A stretch of DNA of 64,000 nt from Promethearchaeia archaeon (GTDB lineage: Archaea; Asgardarchaeota; Lokiarchaeia; Sigyniarchaeales; SOKP01). Positions 19,199 to 29,171 of this stretch are shown piece by piece. How positions within the stretch are numbered: position 1 is the first letter of the stretch; the number at the start of each line of letters is the position of its first letter. The notes under the pieces are model-generated. The model did not search any database and was not told the origin of the DNA. It saw only the letters and a program-made list of their open reading frames with translations. Location of the stretch: assembly GCA_029856145.1 (NCBI GenBank), contig JAHQWK010000016.1:64001-128000 (forward strand), read 5' to 3'. The translations under genes were made by a program, and so were the position numbers.

Positions 19199-19990
19199 AT
19201 GATTGATCGAGCAAGGATTGATTTAGGCGGTTATATCATAGGGCGAATTGAGAATTCCGGAAGAGCTTTTGAAATGTTAATGGATCCTGAGAAAGCTTGG
19301 GATGCTAAAAAACTTATTCGAGAAGAAATCAATAAAAGATTAAAAGAGGGCAAAGATAAATCTCGTCTTACTGTAGAGGAGATATTAAATTATCAAAACA
19401 TTGATTTAGAACTTGTTTTTGAGAGTTTTATTGTATTTGAAGATTTTAGAAGAGGAAAAAAAGCGACAGATGGGGACATGGAAGTAGTATTTAATACAAC
19501 AGATGGAATGAGAATTGGGGCAAGTATCCTTTTAGATGGAGAAATTCATTGGACACAAGCCCAAAGAGAAGAAGAACGGCAAAAGAAATTAAAACAAATC
19601 ATAACAATTATTAGCAAAAATGCAATAAATCCGCAAAATAAAAAACCTCATCCATATCAGCGAATTGAAAAGGCGATTGAAGAAGCTAAAGTTAAAGTTG
19701 ATTTAATGAGGAGCGCGGAGGAACAAGTTGATGATATTGTTAAGAGTATTCGAGCTATTATTCCTATTAGAATTGAACAAGTTGAAATGGCAATTAAGAT
19801 TCCAACAGCTTTTACAGCGAAGGGTTATAATATTGTTGCCCAATATGTACAAATTAAGAAAGAAGAATGGCAATCTGATGGTTCTTGGGTTGCGGTAGTA
19901 AGTTTACCTGCGGGATTACAAATGGAATTGGTTGATAAATTAAACAAACTAACTCATGGAAGAGTTCAGACAAAAATCTTGAAAGCCTAG
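19199..19990 (+). CDS. sdo1: Ribosome maturation protein SBDS/Sdo1
   Basis: GEI.WTQ.QR, INPQNKKPHP..RIE.A, EEWQSDGSW; position in the exosome operon. Confidence 0.93.
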   Translation: MIDRARIDLGGYIIGRIENSGRAFEMLMDPEKAWDAKKLIREEINKRLKEGKDKSRLTVEEILNYQNIDLELVFESFIVFEDFRRGKKATDGDMEVVFNTTDGMRIGASILLDGEIHWTQAQREEERQKKLKQIITIISKNAINPQNKKPHPYQRIEKAIEEAKVKVDLMRSAEEQVDDIVKSIRAIIPIRIEQVEMAIKIPTAFTAKGYNIVAQYVQIKKEEWQSDGSWVAVVSLPAGLQMELVDKLNKLTHGRVQTKILKA

Positions 19991-20069
19991 CCTAAGAGTT
20001 TTTGTACATCTTTTATTTATATTATTTTTTTAGCATATGTTAGGAGAATAACAAAATTATAGAAAATAC

Positions 20070-20864
20070 GTGAGTACTATAATGGAAAATAATGAAGAAG
20101 AACCTATAGATGATGAATTCGAAGATTTTGAAGATGAAGAAGATTCAAGAGAAGTTGTTGTACCTGGAGAAGTTTTAACTGAAGATGTCACAAATTTTTT
20201 GCCAGGAAGGGGAACGATATTAAATAAGGAGAGAAATAAAATTATCTCTTTAAATATTGGATTAAAGCAAATAAAGAAGAATTATATTAATGTAATTCCT
20301 CTTAGAGGATTCTATACACCACGTCCTGGAGATAAGGTTATAGCTTTAGTAGTTGATAAAAATCCAGTTAAATACAAATGTGATATTAATGCTAAAGACT
20401 TTGGCCAACTTAAACCAAAAAACACAATTAAAAAGGGCAAGACAAGAGGGTTTAGAGGTGCTGGACCAATGCGTGAGGATTTAAACACTGAAAGATTTGA
20501 TATAGGGGACATTTTAATCGTAAAAGTTCTCTCTGCTGATCGTTTAAATAAACCTGAATTGACTACTGTTGGAAAATATTTAGGAAAAAGAACTGGTGGT
20601 ATTATAATTACCATAGATCCACCTAAAATTCCAAGAGTAATTGGTAGAAATGGATCAATGATAAAAATGTTAAAAAATTTAACTCAATGCAATATATTTG
20701 TAACACAGAATGGCCGAATTTGGCTGAAAGGGGAAGACATAGCACATGAGAGGTTATTAATTGAATCAATTCATAAAATTGCTTCTGAAGCCCATACTGT
20801 TGGTTTAACAGATAGAATGCAAGAATATATAATTAATGAAAAAAAGAAGAGAGGTATTGAATAA
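20070..20864 (+). CDS. rrp4: Exosome RNA-binding subunit Rrp4
   Basis: VVPGE, YTPRPGDKVI (S1), PRVIGRNGSMI (KH), NGRIW, AHTVGLT. Confidence 0.95.
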   Translation: MSTIMENNEEEPIDDEFEDFEDEEDSREVVVPGEVLTEDVTNFLPGRGTILNKERNKIISLNIGLKQIKKNYINVIPLRGFYTPRPGDKVIALVVDKNPVKYKCDINAKDFGQLKPKNTIKKGKTRGFRGAGPMREDLNTERFDIGDILIVKVLSADRLNKPELTTVGKYLGKRTGGIIITIDPPKIPRVIGRNGSMIKMLKNLTQCNIFVTQNGRIWLKGEDIAHERLLIESIHKIASEAHTVGLTDRMQEYIINEKKKRGIE

Positions 20865-21644
20865 ATGCCATTAATAATTAAAGATGAGTATCCTGAGACT
20901 CTGTTTCGTGAAGATGGAAAAAGACTTGATGGTCGAGATCTTAATGAATTAAGACCTATAAAGATGGAAGTTGGTATTGTACCAAATGCGGATGGATCAG
21001 CATATTTAGAATGGGGAAATAATAAAATTTATGCCGCGGTATATGGTCCCCGAGAAGTACATCCACACCATTTATCAAAGCCAGATAAAGGAATTTTGCG
21101 AGTATTTTACAGGATGGCTACATTTTCTGTTTTTGACAGAAAAAGACCTGCACCTGGACGTCGCGAAAAAGAGATATCGATGATTGTAGCAGATTGTATA
21201 GAACCTTTACTTTTTCTCGAACTTTATCCCGGTACAAGTTTTGAAGTCTTTATTGAAGTAATGGATGCAGATGGTGGAACTAGATGTGCAAGTACCACTG
21301 TAGCTGCATTAGCATTGGCTGATGCAGGAGTTCCTATGAAAAGTTTAGTATCATCAGTCGCTGTAGGAAAAATTGATGGAAAGAAAGTTGTTGATCTTTC
21401 TGGTATTGAAGATAAAGCAGGAGACGCGGATTTACCAATCGCTATCACATGGTATAATGAAGAAATTTCACTTTTACAATTTGATGGAGATATGAATTTG
21501 GATGAGATGAATGAATTTTTAGATCTTGCGAAAGATGCTTTAAAAGAGATTCACCAAATCCAGTTAAATACGCTAAAAAGCAAATACATAAAATTGCAGG
21601 AAGAGACATTAAAGCAAAAAGATAATAAGAAAGGTGAAAAATAA
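20865..21644 (+). CDS. rrp41: Exosome exonuclease Rrp41
   Basis: RLDGR..ELRP, ADGSAY, VYGPRE, ADGGTRCAS, ED..GDAD. Confidence 0.97.
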   Translation: MPLIIKDEYPETLFREDGKRLDGRDLNELRPIKMEVGIVPNADGSAYLEWGNNKIYAAVYGPREVHPHHLSKPDKGILRVFYRMATFSVFDRKRPAPGRREKEISMIVADCIEPLLFLELYPGTSFEVFIEVMDADGGTRCASTTVAALALADAGVPMKSLVSSVAVGKIDGKKVVDLSGIEDKAGDADLPIAITWYNEEISLLQFDGDMNLDEMNEFLDLAKDALKEIHQIQLNTLKSKYIKLQEETLKQKDNKKGEK

Positions 21645-21646
21645 AA

Positions 21647-22480
21647 ATGATGGATGTTAAACGAATTATTTCAAAAATTGAAAGAGATTATATTATCTCA
21701 AATCTTAAAAAAGAAGAAAGAATTGATGAAAGAGGGCTCTGGGAATATCGTAAATTTCAAATAAAAAGTGATGTAATTGCTTCAGCAGAAGGTTCAGCAG
21801 ATGTCTCATTAGGAGAAACAAGGATTATAACTGGATTAAAATACGAAGTAGGTACCCCTTTCCCGGATCTTCCAGATAAAGGTGTATGTACTGTTATGGC
21901 AGAGCTACTTCCAATAGCATCTCCTTTATTTGAAAGGGGGCCTCCAGATGAACAATCAATCGAATTAGCACGTGTAGTAGATCGTGGAATTAGACATGCA
22001 GATTGTGTTCAAACTCAAAAGCTTTGCATTAAAGAAAAAGTATCAGTCTATATTCTTTTTGTCGATATGTACGTGATTAATTACCAAGGAAATTTAATTG
22101 ATACTGGAGCGGTAAGTGCTTTAACTACATTATTATCAGCCCATATTCCTGAAGGAATTTGGAATGAAGAAAAAGGTGAAGCTGAATGGACTGGAAAGTA
22201 TTTCACAGGAAAGAATATCGTAAATGAATTACCTTTAGCGATTACGTATGGAAAAATCGATGATATAGTATTTTTAGATCCAAGTTTACCAGAAGAATTA
22301 GTGAGTGAAGGCAAAATATCTATTTCTGTTACTGAAGATAAAATAACTTCAATTCAAAAAAGTGGGGCTGCTACATTTTCAATTGATGAAATTAAAATGT
22401 TAGGCAAAAAATCTTTAGAAATCGGCAAAAAATTAAGAAAAGATTTAAATCTTTTACAATATCAAAGTAAAATCAAATAA
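21647..22480 (+). CDS. rrp42: Exosome subunit Rrp42
   Basis: RIDER, AEGSA, PFPDLP, GPPDE..IELARVVDRGIR, SIQKSG. Confidence 0.96.
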   Translation: MMDVKRIISKIERDYIISNLKKEERIDERGLWEYRKFQIKSDVIASAEGSADVSLGETRIITGLKYEVGTPFPDLPDKGVCTVMAELLPIASPLFERGPPDEQSIELARVVDRGIRHADCVQTQKLCIKEKVSVYILFVDMYVINYQGNLIDTGAVSALTTLLSAHIPEGIWNEEKGEAEWTGKYFTGKNIVNELPLAITYGKIDDIVFLDPSLPEELVSEGKISISVTEDKITSIQKSGAATFSIDEIKMLGKKSLEIGKKLRKDLNLLQYQSKIK

Positions 22481-22676
22481 TTTTTAAAAATTTTTTTCAA
22501 ACTTTATTTTATTTATTCTTTATTTTTTAATGAACATGATATTAACTTTTTAATTTTGATTAATTTAAATACTCCGAGAAAATGAATAAATGTAACATAT
22601 TCTTTTTTAGAAAAATTTATAGTTTATCCTATTTTTTAATGTAACATCAACTATTCAATACTAGTTTTGATATAAA

Positions 22677-22964
22677 ATGGGAAAATTAAAGAAAGTGGGC
22701 ATAACTGGTAAATACGGTGCGAGATATGGAAGTACATTAAGGAAAAGGACTCGTTTAGTATTAGAAAAAATGAAAGGAGATATAAAATGCCCCAGATGTA
22801 TAACTAAAGGTTCAGTTTATAGAATCTCAACTGGTATTTGGCATTGTAAAAAATGTGATGCTAGATTTACAGGAGGAGCATATTACATAGAAACACCGAG
22901 GGGCGCCGAGTCTTTCCGTGTTGCAAAGCGTAAACAAAGAGAATTAGAAGTCATTGAAGAATAA
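22677..22964 (+). CDS. rpl37ae: 50S ribosomal protein eL43 (L37Ae)
   Basis: KVGITGKYGARYG, CPRC..GIWHCKKC..FTGGAY. Confidence 0.97.
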   Translation: MGKLKKVGITGKYGARYGSTLRKRTRLVLEKMKGDIKCPRCITKGSVYRISTGIWHCKKCDARFTGGAYYIETPRGAESFRVAKRKQRELEVIEE

Positions 22965-23245
22965 TGAGTAAAAATATTTCCTTCTCAATAAAATCTACTA
23001 TAGAATTTCAATTTAATACTTCTCAAACACGGGATATTTCTTTCAACTCTTTTTTACCAGAGTTTAAACGATTACAAACTAAACGATCCAAAATTTCAAT
23101 AGAAAAAAAGAATAGCTTAAATATAGTTTTTGAGATAAAAAGTAGTGATATAACTGCCTTTCGCGCGTCGATTAATGAAATTATTAGTTTTGGGAAAGTA
23201 ATCACAGAATCGATGAAGATAGTTGATAATTCAAAAATTAAATAA
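22964..23245 (+). CDS. pcc1: KEOPS subunit Pcc1
   Basis: RS.I......I.SSDITAFRASIN motif; lies between eL43 and prefoldin. Confidence 0.85.
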   Translation: MSKNISFSIKSTIEFQFNTSQTRDISFNSFLPEFKRLQTKRSKISIEKKNSLNIVFEIKSSDITAFRASINEIISFGKVITESMKIVDNSKIK

Positions 23246-23293
23246 ATTATATATAATATAAAATAAATTATAGAAAATATATGGAGATAAAAA

Positions 23294-23650
23294 ATGTCAC
23301 AGATCAATCTAGACAATTTAACCGAAGAACAAAAGAAAAAACTTTTAAATCTGAATAATCTACAACAATCTTTTGAATTTTTAACTTCGCAAAGATTACA
23401 AATTGAGAGCACATTAAGAGAAACAGAATTAGCAATTGAGGAATTAGAAAAAATAAAACCAGAAGATGCGGTTTATAAGGCGATTGGAGGAATTTTAGTG
23501 AAAAGCGAAAAAAATAAGTTATTAGATGAGAAAAAAAGTCTAAAAGTCACTTTAGAGATGCGCTTAAAAACATTAAAACAAAAAGAAGAACGAGTAAAAA
23601 CCCAAATAGAAACAATGAGCAAATCTCTCCAAGCTGATTTTCAAAAATAA
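23294..23650 (+). CDS. pfdB: Prefoldin beta subunit
   Basis: Coiled coils flanking VYKAIGGILV. Confidence 0.92.
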   Translation: MSQINLDNLTEEQKKKLLNLNNLQQSFEFLTSQRLQIESTLRETELAIEELEKIKPEDAVYKAIGGILVKSEKNKLLDEKKSLKVTLEMRLKTLKQKEERVKTQIETMSKSLQADFQK

Positions 23651-23667
23651 AATTCGTAGAAATTTAT

Positions 23668-24675
23668 ATGTTGAAGTCTAAATTTGAAAATTTTTTAGCT
23701 TTCATAAAAAATAAAAATATCCTAATTACAACTCACGATTTAGTAGATATTGATGGTTTAGTCTCTTGTTTTACTTTAAAATTTTTTTTAAATCAATATT
23801 TTAAAAATCAAGAAACATCAATTTATTTTTCTGAACTTTCTAAATCAACTAAAAATTTCATTAAAAATTTCACCAAGAACTTTCCTGAATTTGATCTTTC
23901 CTATGAGGAAAGTTTTGATCTTCCTAATAATGATATCTTTTTAATAGTGGATACAAACAATTTAAATCAAATTAAATTTGATAATAATTTCGATCTAGCA
24001 CACTCAGATATTCCTTATATTTTTTTAGACCATCATTATACAGTAATGGATTCCGAAAACAGTAGTAGGAAATCATTAGATTTAATAAATGAGAATTATT
24101 CTTCTACTGCAGAAATAATTTTAGAATTATTTGAATTCTATAAAAAGCCCTTAACCATACCATTAAAAACTCTCATTATTTCAGCAATATTAACTGATTC
24201 AGGCTTCTTTAAACATGGTAATAATAAATCTATTCAAAATGTTAGCAAATTATTATGTGAAGAAATAAAAATCCAAGATATATTTCTTCTTCTTCAAAGG
24301 GAAATGGACATCTCAGTAAAAATTGCATATATAAAAGGTTTACAAAGAGTTGAGTTAATTCGAGAAGGGAAATTTTTAATTGGAATAACGAAAGTTAGTA
24401 GTTTTGGAGCAGGTGTAGCCTCAATGTTAACAAAAATGGGATTTGATATTGGAATTACCATCTCAAAAGAACCAAATCAGTATATAATTAATACTAGAGC
24501 TAAAAAAACAGTATGTATAAAAACGGGATTGAATTTAGGAAAAATTTTAAGAGAAATTTCTGAAAAATATGAGGGTAGTGGTGGTGGGCATGATGGGGCA
24601 GCATCTTTAACAATTAACATAGAACCTGATATTATTCTCCAAGAAATTATTGAACAAGTTAAACAATATTTATAA
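23668..24675 (+). CDS. DHH/DHHA1 family phosphoesterase
   Basis: HDLVDIDG, VDT, DHH, TDSG, GGGH. Confidence 0.9.
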   Translation: MLKSKFENFLAFIKNKNILITTHDLVDIDGLVSCFTLKFFLNQYFKNQETSIYFSELSKSTKNFIKNFTKNFPEFDLSYEESFDLPNNDIFLIVDTNNLNQIKFDNNFDLAHSDIPYIFLDHHYTVMDSENSSRKSLDLINENYSSTAEIILELFEFYKKPLTIPLKTLIISAILTDSGFFKHGNNKSIQNVSKLLCEEIKIQDIFLLLQREMDISVKIAYIKGLQRVELIREGKFLIGITKVSSFGAGVASMLTKMGFDIGITISKEPNQYIINTRAKKTVCIKTGLNLGKILREISEKYEGSGGGHDGAASLTINIEPDIILQEIIEQVKQYL

Positions 24676-24737
24676 TCTAAGTTTTAAATAATCAAAAATT
24701 ATCAAAGAACAAGAACTTTAATGGAATAAATCTTGCT

Positions 24738-25571
24738 ATGGATTTAATAAAATTTGAAAACTTTTATTATCGGTATAAAGGAAACGAGGAATATGCCTTA
24801 AATAATATCAATTTAAAAATTGAAGATAATAAATTTATATTATTATGTGGGGAAACTGGGAGTGGAAAAACTACACTCATTAGGTGTATGAATGGCCTAA
24901 TTCCTCAGTTCTATGCTGGTTTTTATAAAGGTAAAGTAGAATTTTGGAATGGAAAAAATACAGTAGAAACGCCAATAGCAGATTTATCCACTGAAATAGG
25001 AATTGTTTTTCAGAATCCAGAAAATCAATTAATAGCAATGAATGTAGAACATGAAATTGCTTTCGGTTTAGAAAATTTGGGTGTTCCTGTTAAAGAAATC
25101 TCAAAACGAATAAAGGAAAGTGCATCAATAACGGAAATCGAACATATATTGGACAAAGCACCATTTGAATTGAGCGGTGGAGAACAACAACGAGTAGCAA
25201 TCGCATCTATTTTGGTTTTAGAACCAAAAATCTTGATATTAGATGAGCCTACTGCTTTATTGGACCCTTATATGGCTAATAAAATAATCAATTTATTAAA
25301 TGAGATAAAAAGTGAGAAAAATATCTCAATTTTAATTAGTGAACATCGACTAGATCTCATTTTACCTTTCTCTCAACAAATAATTTTAATAAAAAATGGA
25401 AGTATAATTGAGCATGGATATAGTGAGCAAGTTATTAATGGTATTAATTTTCAAACTTTAAGATTAAATAAACCTGTTATTTATTCAATCTTTAGTACCT
25501 TAAAAAAAGAAAACTTATATAATAAGAATATTCCTGCCTCCATTCCTGAAGCAGTAAGATCTTTGAAATAA
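24738..25571 (+). CDS. ecfA1: ECF transporter ATPase (EcfA)
   Basis: GETGSGKT, FQNPENQ, LSGGEQQR, LDEP. Confidence 0.9.
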   Translation: MDLIKFENFYYRYKGNEEYALNNINLKIEDNKFILLCGETGSGKTTLIRCMNGLIPQFYAGFYKGKVEFWNGKNTVETPIADLSTEIGIVFQNPENQLIAMNVEHEIAFGLENLGVPVKEISKRIKESASITEIEHILDKAPFELSGGEQQRVAIASILVLEPKILILDEPTALLDPYMANKIINLLNEIKSEKNISILISEHRLDLILPFSQQIILIKNGSIIEHGYSEQVINGINFQTLRLNKPVIYSIFSTLKKENLYNKNIPASIPEAVRSLK

Positions 25572-25595
25572 TAAATAATTACAAAGGAGATACAA

Positions 25596-26450
25596 ATGGC
25601 TACAGAAATCCCAATTATTATGATTAGAGAAATCGCTTACACCTATCCTAATGGAACAGAGGCGTTAAAAAATATAAATTTAAACATTTTTAAAGGCGAA
25701 TTAGTTGCCATTATGGGCAAAAATGGGGCTGGTAAGACTAGTCTTATTAGAACTTTAAATGGATTAATTATACCAACACAAGGTAATATTTATATAGATA
25801 ATGAAAGTATTAGTTCCAAAAGCATTGCCACTTTATCTAAAAAGGTTGGAATAATATTTCAAAATCCTTTCCATCAATTATTTTCCAATTCAGTGGAGGA
25901 AGAAATTAAATTTTCGTTAAAGAGTTTTGTACTAGATAAAGAAGAAATTCAAATTAGAATAAATAAGATATTACATGAATTCAATCTTGAAAAATACAGA
26001 AAGCGATCACCTCTTAATTTATCTGGCGGAGAATCTAAAAAGCTTGCCATAGCATCAATAATTTGTAGAGATCCCGAAATTTTAGTTTTTGATGAACCGA
26101 CTTTAGGTCAAGATGCAAAAGAAATTGAGTTTTTTATTAACTTAATTAAAAACGAGAGAAAACGCGGGAAAACTATTATTATCATTACCCATAATATTGA
26201 GTTTGCCTATGAATACTTGCCTCGTACCATCTTAATGACAGATGGACAAATAATTGCGGATGGCCCAACAAAAGAAATATTGAATAATGAGATATTAATA
26301 CAACAAACCTCATTAATTCTACCACAAATTTGGCAATTTCGTTCAGCATTGAAAGAGAATAATTTTCCGAAAACAGGAGATATATTATCTAAAAATGCTC
26401 TAATAAGTTATATAAGGAATTATTTGAAAAATAAATCTTTAAAAATTTAG
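25596..26450 (+). CDS. ecfA2: ECF transporter ATPase (EcfA')
   Basis: GKNGAGKT, FQNP, LSGGE, FDEPT. Confidence 0.9.
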   Translation: MATEIPIIMIREIAYTYPNGTEALKNINLNIFKGELVAIMGKNGAGKTSLIRTLNGLIIPTQGNIYIDNESISSKSIATLSKKVGIIFQNPFHQLFSNSVEEEIKFSLKSFVLDKEEIQIRINKILHEFNLEKYRKRSPLNLSGGESKKLAIASIICRDPEILVFDEPTLGQDAKEIEFFINLIKNERKRGKTIIIITHNIEFAYEYLPRTILMTDGQIIADGPTKEILNNEILIQQTSLILPQIWQFRSALKENNFPKTGDILSKNALISYIRNYLKNKSLKI

Positions 26451-26465
26451 GAGGAATGCATAAAC

Positions 26466-27233
26466 ATGTCCTTAGAATTTCTAAATGCTTTTAAGTTTAT
26501 GAAAAAAAATTCTATTTTACATAATTTAGATCCAAGGGCAAAACTGGTTTTCTCGATTGTATATACTATATGTGCATTGTTGTTCACAGAAATTATTCCA
26601 TTGCTTTTTATTTTTTTGAGTTTAGTTCCTTTAATTCTAATAGGAAAATTGTTTAAACAATGGATTAAAAGTATTCGTGGTCTATCATTCTTAATTATCT
26701 TCATAATTATTCTAAATACATTATTTATTTCCTTATCATTTGCTATTGCGATGATATTAAGAATTTATATAATGATATCTGCTTTCTCTATCTTTTTTTT
26801 AACAGTAGATCCAAATGATTTAGCTCTTTCTTTGATTTCAATGAAAATACCTTATGAATTTGCATTTGCTTTTTCATTAGCCTTTAGATTTGTCCCTACT
26901 ATCGCAAATGAAGCTCAAAATATTTTAGATGCTCAACAGAGTAGAGGTTATGAAATGCAAAAGAAAGGGCTTATAAACCAAATAAAAAACCTTTTTCCAC
27001 TTTTAATTCCATTAATAATTTGTTCTATTAAGAGAGCTTTTAATGTTGCGGAAGCTCTTGAATCAAGAGCATTCGGTAGCAGAAAAGAACGTACTTATTA
27101 TTATAGCATTAAATATACTTTAAAAGATTGGATATTTACAATGTATTTATTATTATTCTTAACTTTTATAATTTTTATTAGAATTCAATTCAATTTGTTA
27201 CCAGAATTTTTAATGTGGAGTCTGCCGGTGTGA
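26466..27233 (+). CDS. ecfT: ECF transporter transmembrane T component
   Basis: LDPRAK, RFVP, AQQSRG, ALESRAF. Confidence 0.92.
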   Translation: MSLEFLNAFKFMKKNSILHNLDPRAKLVFSIVYTICALLFTEIIPLLFIFLSLVPLILIGKLFKQWIKSIRGLSFLIIFIIILNTLFISLSFAIAMILRIYIMISAFSIFFLTVDPNDLALSLISMKIPYEFAFAFSLAFRFVPTIANEAQNILDAQQSRGYEMQKKGLINQIKNLFPLLIPLIICSIKRAFNVAEALESRAFGSRKERTYYYSIKYTLKDWIFTMYLLLFLTFIIFIRIQFNLLPEFLMWSLPV

Positions 27234-27910
27234 TTGTAAAAGAATTTAATATTCAAGACTTAAATTTGCATTATTATGTTGGGATCTATCAAATCAAAAT
27301 AAATCTGGATAGGTTTATAGCTACTGATAAAATAGATAATAAAGAAAAGATTTTAAACCAGTTTTTCAATATAATTAAAGAGATACAAGATAAATATGAA
27401 AATTCAGTGGTACAGTTTATTAAAGATAAGTATATACTAAATCAGGACCACATTTTCACAGCATGCTATTATTTAGAGAAAGCATTTCTACAGAATAAAA
27501 ACATTTCCAATAAAAAGAATATTGAACTTTTACTGTATCTAGCCACTAATCGGCAAATTAATAAGAGTATTAAAGGCTTTGGGATTGATTATTCCGATTT
27601 AAATAAAGATAAACTAACTTATTGTATAATCTCACCGCAAAATAATTTAAATAATATTTATGTTAATTTATCGAGTGTTTTATTGGCTGAAGAAGAGGAA
27701 TTCACAATAAATGATCAATCAAATACTAAGATTAATTTAATACAAGAATATTTTGAAATTTCTGATAATCAGCTTAATTCTGTTCTTAAATCTTATGGAA
27801 TTATTACACATAATTCAGATCTTAGTTTAAGTTCAGTGGTTTCAGCATTATACGATTTAATTTGTGAAAAAATGGCTCTATTATATGTAGAGAAAGCAAA
27901 AAATGTATAA
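27215..27910 (+). CDS. cgi121: KEOPS subunit Cgi121 (start may be GTG 27230)
   Basis: H...A...AF...NIS....IELLLYLATNRQI..SI..FG, terminal EKMALL. Confidence 0.8.
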   Translation: MESAGVIVKEFNIQDLNLHYYVGIYQIKINLDRFIATDKIDNKEKILNQFFNIIKEIQDKYENSVVQFIKDKYILNQDHIFTACYYLEKAFLQNKNISNKKNIELLLYLATNRQINKSIKGFGIDYSDLNKDKLTYCIISPQNNLNNIYVNLSSVLLAEEEEFTINDQSNTKINLIQEYFEISDNQLNSVLKSYGIITHNSDLSLSSVVSALYDLICEKMALLYVEKAKNV

Positions 27911-27921
27911 ACTCTAGTATC

Positions 27922-28455
27922 TTACATCTTAAATCTAATAATTTCATTTTTTTTCAAAAATGATACTCCACTTATATTTCCTAGTATTTCAATTCTAACA
28001 ATTTTATCTGGATTTTCAAGATCGACTTTGTTATCTATAACATTTGCAATTGTTTCAATAAAATTATTTCTTTCGATTTTTTCGTGATGTCTACGCTTTA
28101 AAGTTATCTTAAAAGAATCTTTTTCATCAATAAACTCTTTATGGTTTTCTTGTATTATCTGTTCTATTGTTTTAGTATCAGTTTCACAAATGAAATCTAT
28201 AGGTATAATTTTTAATATAAATTGAAAAAAGTTAGGATTTCTTTCCTGGATTTTATTAATCTTAGAAATAACCTTTTTTGGGCTTAAATTAGTTAACGCC
28301 GTAATTAATCCTGGAAACTGAATTCCTGAAATGATGGGGTATGTGTCATCACACATTAGTAATGTAAACCATAATTCTGATTTTGCGTTTGTTTCATTAT
28401 ATCGTGAAGTTGATACTAAAAGATTAAAATTCTTCGTATATATCACTCCTGCCAT
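27922..28455 (-). CDS. THUMP-domain RNA-binding protein
   Basis: KIIPID, SFKITLKRR, KVDLENPDKIVRIEI. Confidence 0.88.
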   Translation of the reverse strand: MAGVIYTKNFNLLVSTSRYNETNAKSELWFTLLMCDDTYPIISGIQFPGLITALTNLSPKKVISKINKIQERNPNFFQFILKIIPIDFICETDTKTIEQIIQENHKEFIDEKDSFKITLKRRHHEKIERNNFIETIANVIDNKVDLENPDKIVRIEILGNISGVSFLKKNEIIRFKM

Positions 28456-29111
28456 TTTGATAAAAACTCTAATATTTCTTCATCAGAAATTTTTCCAATT
28501 CGTAAAAATTTTACCTCTCCAAAGGTACAATCTACAATTGTGGTTGGTAGTTTGGTTTTTGACTTACCACCATCAATGATTAAATCGATAGGACTTAGAA
28601 TTTTTTTCGTTACTTCTTCTCCACTTAAAGAAGGGGGTTCTCCAGAATAATTAGCTGAAGTACCAATAATCCCTCCAAAATAACCTCTTTCCTTTAAAAG
28701 TTTTAAAATGGTTAAAATTATTTCATTTTCAGGAATTCGTATCCCTATTGTATTTTGAAAAGCAGTGACTTCTGGCGGGATAATACACGGTTCTTTTCTT
28801 TTCAATATTAAAGTTAATTGACCTGGCCAATAGTGATCTGCCAATTTTCTAGCAGTGTCATTGAATTCTGCAATTTTATTAGCTTCTTCATAGTCCGAAA
28901 CTAATAATAATAATCCTTTTGATCTGTCACGAAATTTAATGTCATATATTCTGTTTATAACTTCCAGATTTTGAGGATCCCCTCCAATTCCATAAACAGA
29001 ATCTGTTGGGAAAGCAATAACTTTCCCTTCAATTATATTTTCAACTGCAATATCGAGATAAAACTTAATGTCTTTTAGTTCCTTCCCAGCTAACTTAATT
29101 AAAAAACCCAT
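28443..29111 (-). CDS. tsaC: Threonylcarbamoyl-AMP synthase, short TsaC/YrdC type
   Basis: FPTDSVYGI, K.R, WPGQLT, TSANYSG, PTTIVD; no C-terminal SUA5 domain; ATG at 29111 preferred. Confidence 0.92.
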   Translation of the reverse strand: MGFLIKLAGKELKDIKFYLDIAVENIIEGKVIAFPTDSVYGIGGDPQNLEVINRIYDIKFRDRSKGLLLLVSDYEEANKIAEFNDTARKLADHYWPGQLTLILKRKEPCIIPPEVTAFQNTIGIRIPENEIILTILKLLKERGYFGGIIGTSANYSGEPPSLSGEEVTKKILSPIDLIIDGGKSKTKLPTTIVDCTFGEVKFLRIGKISDEEILEFLSKWQE

Positions 29112-29171
29112 TTGAATACCATTCCAATTTAACACTAATAATAAAAAATAGAATATGCAAAAATATAAAGA

